A stretch of 24,000 bases of DNA. It comes from Thermoanaerobacter ethanolicus JW 200 (GTDB lineage: Bacteria > Bacillota > Thermoanaerobacteria > Thermoanaerobacterales > Thermoanaerobacteraceae). The position numbers were made by a program, and so were the translations under genes. The stretch lies in the NCBI RefSeq assembly GCF_003722315.1, contig NZ_CP033580.1:2645127-2669126 (forward strand), in the 5' to 3' direction. This document shows positions 7,767-14,031 of the stretch, one piece after another. The stretch's first letter is position 1; each line of letters begins with the position of its first letter. The notes beneath the pieces are model-generated. The model saw nothing but the letters and a program-made list of their open reading frames with translations. It was not told the DNA's origin and did no database searches.

Positions 7767-7801
7767 AAATAAAAGCTCCAAATGAGCATATTCATTTGGA
7801 G
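7767..7801 (-). terminator. Rho-independent terminator of the DUF503 gene
   Basis: Stem CTCCAAATGA (7776-7785) / TCATTTGGAG (7792-7801) with a 6-nt loop. On the minus strand it is followed by CTTTTATTTT. It starts right after the stop codon. Confidence 0.7.
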
Positions 7802-8080
7802 TCACACATTTATTGTATCCATTTCTATATAAGCATCTGTATTTTCTTCAATATAGTCTACAACCTCTTGAACTATTTTATTTGTTAAAACAGCATCACT
7901 GCCACACACCGAAAAACCTATGACAATTGATTTGTGTAAATCTTGATTTTCTATTTCGCATATAGAAACATTATAATGACTTTTTACTTTACCTACAATA
8001 CTTCTTACAATCATTCTTTTTTCTTTTAAAGAATGAACCCAATTTGCTCTCAGATATATTTTACAATAAGATACAATCAT
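7802..8080 (-). CDS. DUF503 (YlxP-like) family protein
   Basis: 92 aa. N-terminal pattern ...IYLRANWVHSLKEKRMIVRSIVGKVK..NVSICEIENQD is typical of DUF503. Confidence 0.8.
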   Translation of the reverse strand: MIVSYCKIYLRANWVHSLKEKRMIVRSIVGKVKSHYNVSICEIENQDLHKSIVIGFSVCGSDAVLTNKIVQEVVDYIEENTDAYIEMDTINV

Positions 8081-8114
8081 ATATATCGCCTTACCTAATT
8101 TCCTCCAGAAAATT

Positions 8115-8142
8115 TTTACAATATAATTATACCTTACATAAT
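8115..8142 (+). promoter_or_regulatory. Candidate promoter for the ytaF-like gene
   Basis: TTTACA (8115-8120), 16 nt, CATAAT (8137-8142). A sporulation-sigma promoter is also possible and I cannot discriminate. Confidence 0.35.
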
Positions 8143-8160
8143 AAACTCTTTCAATAAAAT

Positions 8161-8216
8161 CACACCTTCTCTATCTAACGCGTATTATAAATAGAGGCTG
8201 GATAGAGAGGAGTGTG
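8161..8216 (+). promoter_or_regulatory. Leader hairpin that pairs with the Shine-Dalgarno of the ytaF-like gene
   Basis: CACACCTTCTCTATC (8161-8175) pairs with GATAGAGAGGAGTGTG (8201-8216). That is 15 bp with one G-U pair and one bulged A, and a 25-nt loop. The right arm contains the SD GAGAGGAG 5 nt before the ATG at 8222. Confidence 0.45.
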
Positions 8217-8221
8217 AACAT

Positions 8222-8851
8222 ATGAAATGGCTAATTATTCTTGGTTTCGCAATATCATCAAGCATAGATAATTTTGGAGTAGGCATTTCCTATGGTATAC
8301 GAAATATACGAATAAGCCTTTTTTGTAATACAATTATCGCAGTAATCGCTTTTTTGTTTAGCATATCTGGAATTGTCTTTGGCAAATGGTTAAATTCAAT
8401 ACTTCCAGGGTCACTCCCTATTTTTGTAGGAGCTTTTTTGCTGTTTATAATCGGACTTAGAATTATTTTACTGGCTGTCCCTCGTAAATCTTCTTCACAA
8501 AACACACAACAAGTATCATCAAAAACTACTTCTATAAAGGGAATTTTAGAAAATCCTGAAATTGTAGATTTAGATAAATCAGGAGAAATAAGTCTATTAG
8601 AAGCAATTCTTTTAGGAATTGCCCTTTCGGCAAATGCCCTGACAAACGGATTAGGAGCAGGGCTTTTGGGCTTTTCTCCCTTTGCTATATCTTTCACTAC
8701 AGCAATTGGAAGCCTTGTTTCTGTATGGGCAGGAGTACAATTCGGGACAAAAGTTGCTAATATACGAATAGGCTCTTTTACTATCGGACAATTTGGCACA
8801 ATTATAAGCGGGGTTATTTTACTTATAATAGCTTATAAAGCTTTGTTCTAA
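8222..8851 (+). CDS. ytaF: MntP/DUF204-family membrane protein, probable sporulation membrane protein YtaF
   Basis: 209 aa, multi-pass membrane protein. N-terminus ILGFAISSSIDNFGVGISYG and a second half-repeat ...LGIALSANALTNGLGAGL... are typical of the YtaF/MntP family. Confidence 0.65.
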   Translation: MKWLIILGFAISSSIDNFGVGISYGIRNIRISLFCNTIIAVIAFLFSISGIVFGKWLNSILPGSLPIFVGAFLLFIIGLRIILLAVPRKSSSQNTQQVSSKTTSIKGILENPEIVDLDKSGEISLLEAILLGIALSANALTNGLGAGLLGFSPFAISFTTAIGSLVSVWAGVQFGTKVANIRIGSFTIGQFGTIISGVILLIIAYKALF

Positions 8852-8927
8852 CCTTTAAAATTATAACACTTGACATAATCCCTTGAATATAATGTATTGA
8901 AAAAAGTAAAAGCTAAGAGGTGATTTT

Positions 8928-9593
8928 ATGGAAACAGAAGCAATAGAAAGTATCCCAAGAACTTGCCTTCCTCAAATAGGAGCACCTGCCCCAGATTTCA
9001 AAGCCAATAGCACTTTTGGACCTATAAAATTATCAGATTATAGAGGTAAATGGATTGTACTATTTTCACATCCAGGAGATTTTACGCCTGTTTGCACTAC
9101 TGAATTTATAGCTTTCACACAAGTCTATACCAGTTTTGTAGAAAGAAATGTCCAATTGATAGGATTAAGTATAGACAGTAATCCTTCCCATTTAGCTTGG
9201 GTACAAAATATATACAAAAATACTGGTATAGAAATTCCTTTCCCTATAATAGAAGATAAAGATATGAAAATAGCAAAATTGTACGGAATGATATCCCCCG
9301 CAGAAAGTTCTACAAGTACTGTTAGAGCTGTATTTGTAATTGATGACAAACAGATACTTCGCCTTATACTGTATTATCCTCTCGAAATAGGTAGAAACAT
9401 CCAAGAAATAATACGAATTATTGATGCACTGCAAACAGTAGATAAATACAAGGTTTTGGCACCCGCCAACTGGTATCCGGGTATGCCTGTCATCGTTCCA
9501 CCTCCAAAAACTTATGCCGAACTTAAAGAAAGAGTTAAAAACATTGAAGGATATAATTGTACTGACTGGTATTTATGTTATAAAAAAGTTTAA
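8928..9593 (+). CDS. 1-Cys type peroxiredoxin (Prx6-like)
   Basis: Peroxidatic-Cys motif HPGDFTPVCTTEF, with APDF upstream. 221 aa. SD AAGAGGTGA 4 nt upstream. Confidence 0.9.
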   Translation: METEAIESIPRTCLPQIGAPAPDFKANSTFGPIKLSDYRGKWIVLFSHPGDFTPVCTTEFIAFTQVYTSFVERNVQLIGLSIDSNPSHLAWVQNIYKNTGIEIPFPIIEDKDMKIAKLYGMISPAESSTSTVRAVFVIDDKQILRLILYYPLEIGRNIQEIIRIIDALQTVDKYKVLAPANWYPGMPVIVPPPKTYAELKERVKNIEGYNCTDWYLCYKKV

Positions 9594-9612
9594 GCCGGAA
9601 TTTTCCGGCTTA
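9591..9612. terminator. Bidirectional terminator hairpin between prx (+) and the beta-lactamase-fold gene (-)
   Basis: TAAGCCGGA (9591-9599) / TCCGGCTTA (9604-9612) with a 4-nt loop. It overlaps the prx stop codon. The flanks are AT-rich rather than clean U-tracts. Confidence 0.6.
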
Positions 9613-9617
9613 AACTT

Positions 9618-10895
9618 TTACCTGCTTTGGAAATCGTACACCATCTTTGATATTTGCCTTATTACAGTATATGCATAAGAATCATCTGACCCATCTACAT
9701 TGTTTGCCAAGACCGTCAAGATATAAGGCTTTGTGGGATGAAAAACTATTGCAGTGTCATTTACAACATTTGAAAGGTTGCCTATTTTGTGTGCTACTTC
9801 TATTTCATCAGGTATTGTATATGATATTCTATCGTTGTATATGGTATTTTTGAGATAATACATCAATTCTCCAGCTGTATCCGGATGAGCCTTCACATAA
9901 TTTAAGAGATTTTCCATATACATACTCATATCTCTTGGGGAAGTAACATTGCTGTTATAAGGTATTACATTTGCTCCTAAGCTTTCCATGAATTTTATAT
10001 AGTTATCTCGCCCTACAACTCTCATAATCATATTTGATGCTATATTATCACTCTCTTCAATCGAACGTCTTGAAAGCTCTCTTATAGTATAATAACTTCC
10101 AACAGGGTCTGCCTGTATAGAACCGGCACCCCCTTCATAGTCAGCTTGAGTGTATTGCACTTTCATATTAGGGTCTATTTTTCCATCGGTTATAAGAGTA
10201 TAAAGGTAAAAGTTAAGAGGTACTTTATAAGTGCTTGCCGCAATAAACGAATCATAACCGTTTATTTCAAAAGTTTGCCCTGTATTTAAGTCAATAAAGT
10301 AAACTCCGTATTTACCAGGATATTGAGATATTAATGCCTGAATGTTATTTTTAAGTTCTTGATAATTTGTAGCATTGTTCAATTGCTGCGGTACTTCAAC
10401 AGGCGGATGAGGAATTAAAATCTTTTGCCCAACATATAAACTATCCCCATCATTTAATCCATTTGCATCCATTATATTTTGGGCATTCGTTCCATGGCGC
10501 TTTGCTATAAAGTATAAGTTGTCACCTGGTTTGACAGAGTAAACTATCGGGTCAGCCCAGGAAACAGTTTCAAGAGCAGCATATGTCTTAGGACCTACAA
10601 TTCCATCTGGCACAAGATTTTTGGACCTTTGAAAGTCTAAAACTCCATTTAATGTCATTTTACCAAATATGCCATCAACAGTACCTGTATCAAATCCCGC
10701 TTTATTTAACATAGCTTGTAATTCTTCTACATCAGTTCCATACGTCCCGCTATATAAAAGCCTTGACCCAAAAGTGAATTTTGGAAGATTTCTTGCATAC
10801 GAAAATATAGGTATCAATACAACAATAGCAATAATAAGAATCCATGAAAGTATCTTTTTTATATTCTTCAATTTTATCCCCCCATTCAACTCCAT
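9618..10895 (-). CDS. Membrane-anchored PG_binding_1 + LysM + class-A beta-lactamase-fold serine hydrolase
   Basis: N-terminal TM segment ILSWILIIAIVVLIPIF. PG_binding_1 pattern GTDVEELQAMLNKAGF..DGIFGKMTLNGVLDFQ..DGIVGPKTY. LysM region YSVKPGDNLYFIAKRHGTNAQNIMDANGL..LYVGQKILIP. Serine-hydrolase motifs are STYK (SxxK), SDN and KIG (the KTG position). An alternative start is the TTG at 10871, preceded by GGGGGG. Confidence 0.85.
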   Translation of the reverse strand: MELNGGIKLKNIKKILSWILIIAIVVLIPIFSYARNLPKFTFGSRLLYSGTYGTDVEELQAMLNKAGFDTGTVDGIFGKMTLNGVLDFQRSKNLVPDGIVGPKTYAALETVSWADPIVYSVKPGDNLYFIAKRHGTNAQNIMDANGLNDGDSLYVGQKILIPHPPVEVPQQLNNATNYQELKNNIQALISQYPGKYGVYFIDLNTGQTFEINGYDSFIAASTYKVPLNFYLYTLITDGKIDPNMKVQYTQADYEGGAGSIQADPVGSYYTIRELSRRSIEESDNIASNMIMRVVGRDNYIKFMESLGANVIPYNSNVTSPRDMSMYMENLLNYVKAHPDTAGELMYYLKNTIYNDRISYTIPDEIEVAHKIGNLSNVVNDTAIVFHPTKPYILTVLANNVDGSDDSYAYTVIRQISKMVYDFQSR

Positions 10896-11017
10896 ATTAT
10901 ACTGTATATAACATCATATTTCAACAAATATATATATCCATATATACCAATTTACAAATATGATTTTATAAATAAAAAGTTTCTTAATGGGGATATTAAT
11001 TATGAGGTGATTTAAAT

Positions 11018-11830
11018 ATGCGCTCAATGTGGAAAGGAGCAATAAGTTTTGGTCTTGTAAGTATCCCCATAAAACTGTATACCGCTACAGAAGACCATGC
11101 CATACATTTTAGGCAACTTCACAAAGAATGTAAATCCCCCATAAAATATGAAAAAATATGCCCTGTATGTAATAGACCCGTTTCAGATGAGGAAATAGTA
11201 CGAGGGTATGAATACGAACCAGGTAAATTTGTCATTATAGATGATGAAGATTTGGAAAGGATACCTATGCCAACAGTTAAAACCATTGATATAGTAGATT
11301 TTACCGATATAGGACAAATAGACCCCATATATTATGACAAAACATATTTCATTGTACCTGAAGATATTGGTACAAAGCCTTATGTACTTTTAAGAGATTC
11401 TATGAAAGAAACAAAGCGAGTTGCAATAGCGAAAGTGGTAATTAGGTCAAAGCAAAACCTCGCATGCATACGAGTGTATGATGAAAAATACATGGTCATG
11501 GAAACAATGCATTTCCCTGATGAAATAAAAAACGCAAACCAGCTTCCTCCCTTAAGAGAAGTCAGCTTACAGGAAAATGAAATAAAAATGGCCAAACAAC
11601 TTATTGATACTTTGACCTCCGATTTTAAACCCGAAAAATATGATGATAGTTACAGAAAAGCGTTAATTGAAATGATTGAGTCAAAAATACAGGACAAAGA
11701 TGTAGAAATTCCCCAAAAAGCACCTGAAGCCGATAATGTTCTTGATTTAGTAAGTGCATTAAAAGCGAGTATTGAATCTGTAAAGAATGAAGAAAAAGCA
11801 AAAAAAGGACGCAAAAGAAAAGGCGCATAA
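11018..11830 (+). CDS. ku: Ku DNA end-binding protein (NHEJ)
   Basis: N-terminus MRSMWKGAISFGLVSIPIKLYTA, full Ku core and a basic C-terminal tail KAKKGRKRKGA. SD GAGGTGA 7 nt upstream. Confidence 0.93.
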   Translation: MRSMWKGAISFGLVSIPIKLYTATEDHAIHFRQLHKECKSPIKYEKICPVCNRPVSDEEIVRGYEYEPGKFVIIDDEDLERIPMPTVKTIDIVDFTDIGQIDPIYYDKTYFIVPEDIGTKPYVLLRDSMKETKRVAIAKVVIRSKQNLACIRVYDEKYMVMETMHFPDEIKNANQLPPLREVSLQENEIKMAKQLIDTLTSDFKPEKYDDSYRKALIEMIESKIQDKDVEIPQKAPEADNVLDLVSALKASIESVKNEEKAKKGRKRKGA

Positions 11831-11844
11831 AAGGAAGATTGAAT

Positions 11845-12768
11845 ATGTCTATGATAGAAGAAAAAATATCACCTATGCTGGCATCCAGCAGTGACCCTTT
11901 TGATAGCCCCGAATGGATATATGAAGTCAAATGGGATGGTTCAAGGACTATTGCTTTTATTTCAAATAAAACAAGACTTCAAGATAGAAGGCTTGTTGAT
12001 ATAACCCATCAGTTTCCAGATTTAGCATTACTTCATAAGCAAATAAAAGCAAAAGAAGCAATACTTGACGGTGAACTTGTAGTTTTAAAAAACGGCAAGC
12101 CCAGTTACAAAAACATTATGTCGAGAAAGCATCAACAAAATTTAGTAAAAATAAATCTTTTAAGCAAGATAATGCCCGTAATTTTCATAACATGGGATAT
12201 ATTATATTTAAACGGCAAATCTCTTGTAGAATTGCCACTTATAGAGAGAAAAGATATCCTTAGAAAAACAGTTAAAGAAAACGAGATCATAAAAATATCA
12301 GATTTTATATTTGAACATGGAAAAATGCTTTTTGAAGAGACAGGGAAAAAAGGACTTGAAGGAATTGTTGCCAAAAAAGCAGATTCAAAATATTTAATAG
12401 GAAAAAGGAGTAAACTCTGGCTTAAGTCAAAACATTTTATTGTAATAAATGCTGTTATTATAGGGTACAGAACTGACAAAACAGCCCTCATACTGGGGCT
12501 TTACGATGAGGAAAATAATTTAATAAACATAGGAAGTTGTGAATCAGGCCTATCCCAGAAGGAATTAAAAGCATTCTATGAAGTTGCCAAGGAGATAAAA
12601 GCCCCAGATAATTATTATAACTTTAAAGAAAAAAATGTGCAGTGGTTAAAACCCTTGCTAACATGTAAAGTGAGATTTATGGAATGGTCTGAAAACATGA
12701 AGATGAGGGCACCTTCTTTTATTCAATTTGAGTATAACGTAAAACCAGAAGAGTGCAGGTTTGAATAA
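11845..12768 (+). CDS. ligD: ATP-dependent DNA ligase, LigD ligase-domain-only protein
   Basis: Adenylation motif I EVKWDGSR, motif IV LEGIVAKK and motif V LWLKSKH. About 307 aa, so there is no room for the polymerase/primase or phosphoesterase domains. The ATG at 11845 (AAGGAAG 7 nt upstream) is preferred over the ORF-track TTG at 11839. Confidence 0.88.
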   Translation: MSMIEEKISPMLASSSDPFDSPEWIYEVKWDGSRTIAFISNKTRLQDRRLVDITHQFPDLALLHKQIKAKEAILDGELVVLKNGKPSYKNIMSRKHQQNLVKINLLSKIMPVIFITWDILYLNGKSLVELPLIERKDILRKTVKENEIIKISDFIFEHGKMLFEETGKKGLEGIVAKKADSKYLIGKRSKLWLKSKHFIVINAVIIGYRTDKTALILGLYDEENNLINIGSCESGLSQKELKAFYEVAKEIKAPDNYYNFKEKNVQWLKPLLTCKVRFMEWSENMKMRAPSFIQFEYNVKPEECRFE

Positions 12769-12770
12769 AC

Positions 12771-13160
12771 TCACTTCAAAAACTTAATATACACTCTTCT
12801 TCTCCTTGGACCATCAAACTCACATAAATAAATACCCTGCCAAGTTCCTAAAAGTGGCCTTCCATTTTCAATAATGAGAGTTACTGAACTTCCCATAAGA
12901 GACGCCTTGATGTGGGCATCAGAATTGCCTTCCATGTGTTTAAAACGCATATTAGGAATTATTTTTTCTAAGGCTGCCATTATATCTTCTCTTACAGTTG
13001 GATCTGCATTTTCGTTTATTGTAATTCCCGCTGTTGTATGGGGCACAAAGATAACACAAAGGCCATCAACAACGCCAGATTTTTTAATTTCTTGCATTAC
13101 CATATCAGTAATATCCACCATAACTTCCCTTGTCGGTGTATTTATCTCCAAAACAACCAT
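12771..13160 (-). CDS. yjbQ: YjbQ/UPF0047 family protein (secondary thiamine-phosphate synthase-like)
   Basis: 129 aa with VPHTTAGITINENADPTVREDI and C-terminal GTWQGIYLCEFDGPR, typical of YjbQ. SD GGAGGAG upstream. Confidence 0.85.
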   Translation of the reverse strand: MVVLEINTPTREVMVDITDMVMQEIKKSGVVDGLCVIFVPHTTAGITINENADPTVREDIMAALEKIIPNMRFKHMEGNSDAHIKASLMGSSVTLIIENGRPLLGTWQGIYLCEFDGPRRRRVYIKFLK

Positions 13161-13199
13161 AACGACTCCTCCATTTTTTGTTTTCTGGATTTGCTTTTT

Positions 13200-13229
13200 A
13201 TAATAGCAAATTGTTTAATGGCATGTCAA
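13200..13229 (-). promoter_or_regulatory. Candidate sigma-A promoter for yjbQ
   Basis: Reverse strand reads TTGACA (13229-13224), 18 nt, TATTAT (13205-13200). A 7-bp inverted repeat ATTTGCT/AGCAAAT (13189-13195 / 13205-13211) straddles the -10. Confidence 0.45.
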
Positions 13230-13265
13230 CATGGATTATAAAAAAGTAAATCAAAAATGCAACAT

Positions 13266-13682
13266 TTATTTCCATATCATCATAAATATACCTGCAGTAA
13301 TAAGTACACTTGCAACTAACGTTTTTGCGGTGAATTGCTCGTTTAGGATAAAAAAAGATAAAGTTAAAGTTAGGACGATGCTGGATTTATCAATAAGTGC
13401 AACCTTTGATACTTCACCTATAGATATTGCCTTATAATAAAATAACCAGGACAAACCTGTCGCCAGTCCAGAGAGAATCAAAAAGATCCAATTTTGTTTT
13501 GTCAAACTTTTAATTCCATACTGTCCCCCTGTTGTAAATACAATACCCCACGCTAAAAATATAATAACAGTTGTACGAATAGCTGTAGCCAAGTTAGAAT
13601 CCACGCCTTTTATGCCAATTTTAGCAAGAATTGAAGTCAAAGCAGCAAACAAAGCTGATAATATTGCAAATAATTTCCACAT
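13266..13682 (-). CDS. Half-size EamA-domain (DMT superfamily) membrane transporter
   Basis: About 138 aa with 4-5 predicted TM helices and an EamA-like pattern (FAALTSILAKIGIKG ... ITAGIFMMIWK). The start is moved from the TTG at 13700 to the ATG at 13682 (MWKLFAIL), with GAGGGGA 9 nt upstream. Confidence 0.75.
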   Translation of the reverse strand: MWKLFAILSALFAALTSILAKIGIKGVDSNLATAIRTTVIIFLAWGIVFTTGGQYGIKSLTKQNWIFLILSGLATGLSWLFYYKAISIGEVSKVALIDKSSIVLTLTLSFFILNEQFTAKTLVASVLITAGIFMMIWK

Positions 13683-13769
13683 AATCCAACATCCCCTCAA
13701 TGCAATTTTTACACTTAACTATTTTTACGTCTCACTTCAATTACTACTGCGTCTTAACCTTTTAACTTC

Positions 13770-13798
13770 ATTATACTTGAGGAAGGAAAAAGTAGCAA
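13770..13798 (-). promoter_or_regulatory. Candidate sigma-A promoter for the EamA transporter gene
   Basis: Reverse strand reads TTGCTA (13798-13793), 17 nt, TATAAT (13775-13770). This leaves a leader of about 80 nt in which I see no convincing structure. Confidence 0.5.
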
Positions 13799-13848
13799 TA
13801 TTAATAGTTGAAAAAAGTCGTTCCGTAGGAGAGGATTATGGATCAAGG

Positions 13849-13907
13849 AAAAAAGGGATAAGTGGCGTAAATCCCGAATTTTTCGAGGCTTTACCACTTA
13901 TCCCTTT
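13849..13907 (-). terminator. Probable glmS terminator: long-stem hairpin with a large loop
   Basis: AAAGGGATAAGTGG (13852-13865) / CCACTTATCCCTTT (13894-13907) are perfect 14-nt complements. The 28-nt loop contains a mini-hairpin (CGAA/TTCG). Read on the minus strand, an 11-bp GC-containing stem is followed by six U (13854-13849). It lies ~125-180 nt downstream of the glmS stop. Confidence 0.5.
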
Positions 13908-14031
13908 GTTATTCTATAAAGACTTAATCCTTAATCCTTTTCCCTTTCTCCTTCCCAAACGGAACCACTTTTTTCGCATGGGGAAAAGGTATAAATGAAA
14001 AATACACAACTCTTCAGCCTTTTGACCTCCA

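Noticed and set aside
8081-8221. yybP-ykoY Mn2+ riboswitch upstream of the MntP/YtaF-family gene
   Set aside because: It is expected for many MntP genes, but the conserved GGGGAGUAG and UUGACAUA/AGACC-type elements are absent. Only the unrelated SD-sequestering stem is present, and that is reported as a finding.
8852-8927. PerR/Fur-type box or a strong sigma-A promoter upstream of the peroxiredoxin gene
   Set aside because: TTGACA and TATAAT hexamers are both present but only 12 nt apart. The TTAAAATTATAA stretch does not form a proper 7-1-7 PerR palindrome.
7384-9434. ORFs 7384-7650 (+), 8290-8799 (-), 9125-9349 (-) and 9192-9434 (-)
   Set aside because: Shadow ORFs opposite hcp, ytaF and the peroxiredoxin gene. 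The sense-strand genes carry unambiguous family motifs.
10985-11005. Forespore-type promoter upstream of ku: GGGGATATTA resembles a sigma-F-like -10 (as I recall the consensus, GGnRAnAnTW)
   Set aside because: I could not find a matching -35 (GYATA/GnATR) at the appropriate 15-18-nt spacing; there is only TATAAATA. This is a partial match in AT-rich DNA and too weak to call as a feature. It is still worth testing, because Bacillus ku-ligD is forespore-expressed.
9647-13437. ORFs 9647-9853 (+), 10669-10911 (+), 11119-11328 (-), 11380-11595 (-), 11625-11930 (-), 12132-12491 (-), 12874-13203 (+), 13038-13241 (+) and 13231-13437 (+)
   Set aside because: All overlap stronger opposite-strand genes (beta-lactamase-fold, ku, ligD, yjbQ, EamA) and lack SDs or motifs.
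13683-13769. Possible riboswitch (guanidine / mini-ykkC type) in the ~80-nt leader of the small EamA transporter
   Set aside because: Two ACG-containing words (AGACGCAG, GAGACGTAA) caught my eye. However, they are not in ACGR tetraloops closed by GC stems, and I find no convincing helices in the leader.
13612-13998. ORF 13612-13998 (+), 128 aa, and an internal 53-aa ORF from the ATG at 13838 with an AGGAGAGG-like SD
   Set aside because: The 5' part is antisense to the EamA gene. The remainder crosses the hairpins and the polypyrimidine tract and gives a Pro/Phe/Leu-rich nonsense-like peptide. I cannot support it as coding, though ribosome profiling could revisit the 53-aa version.
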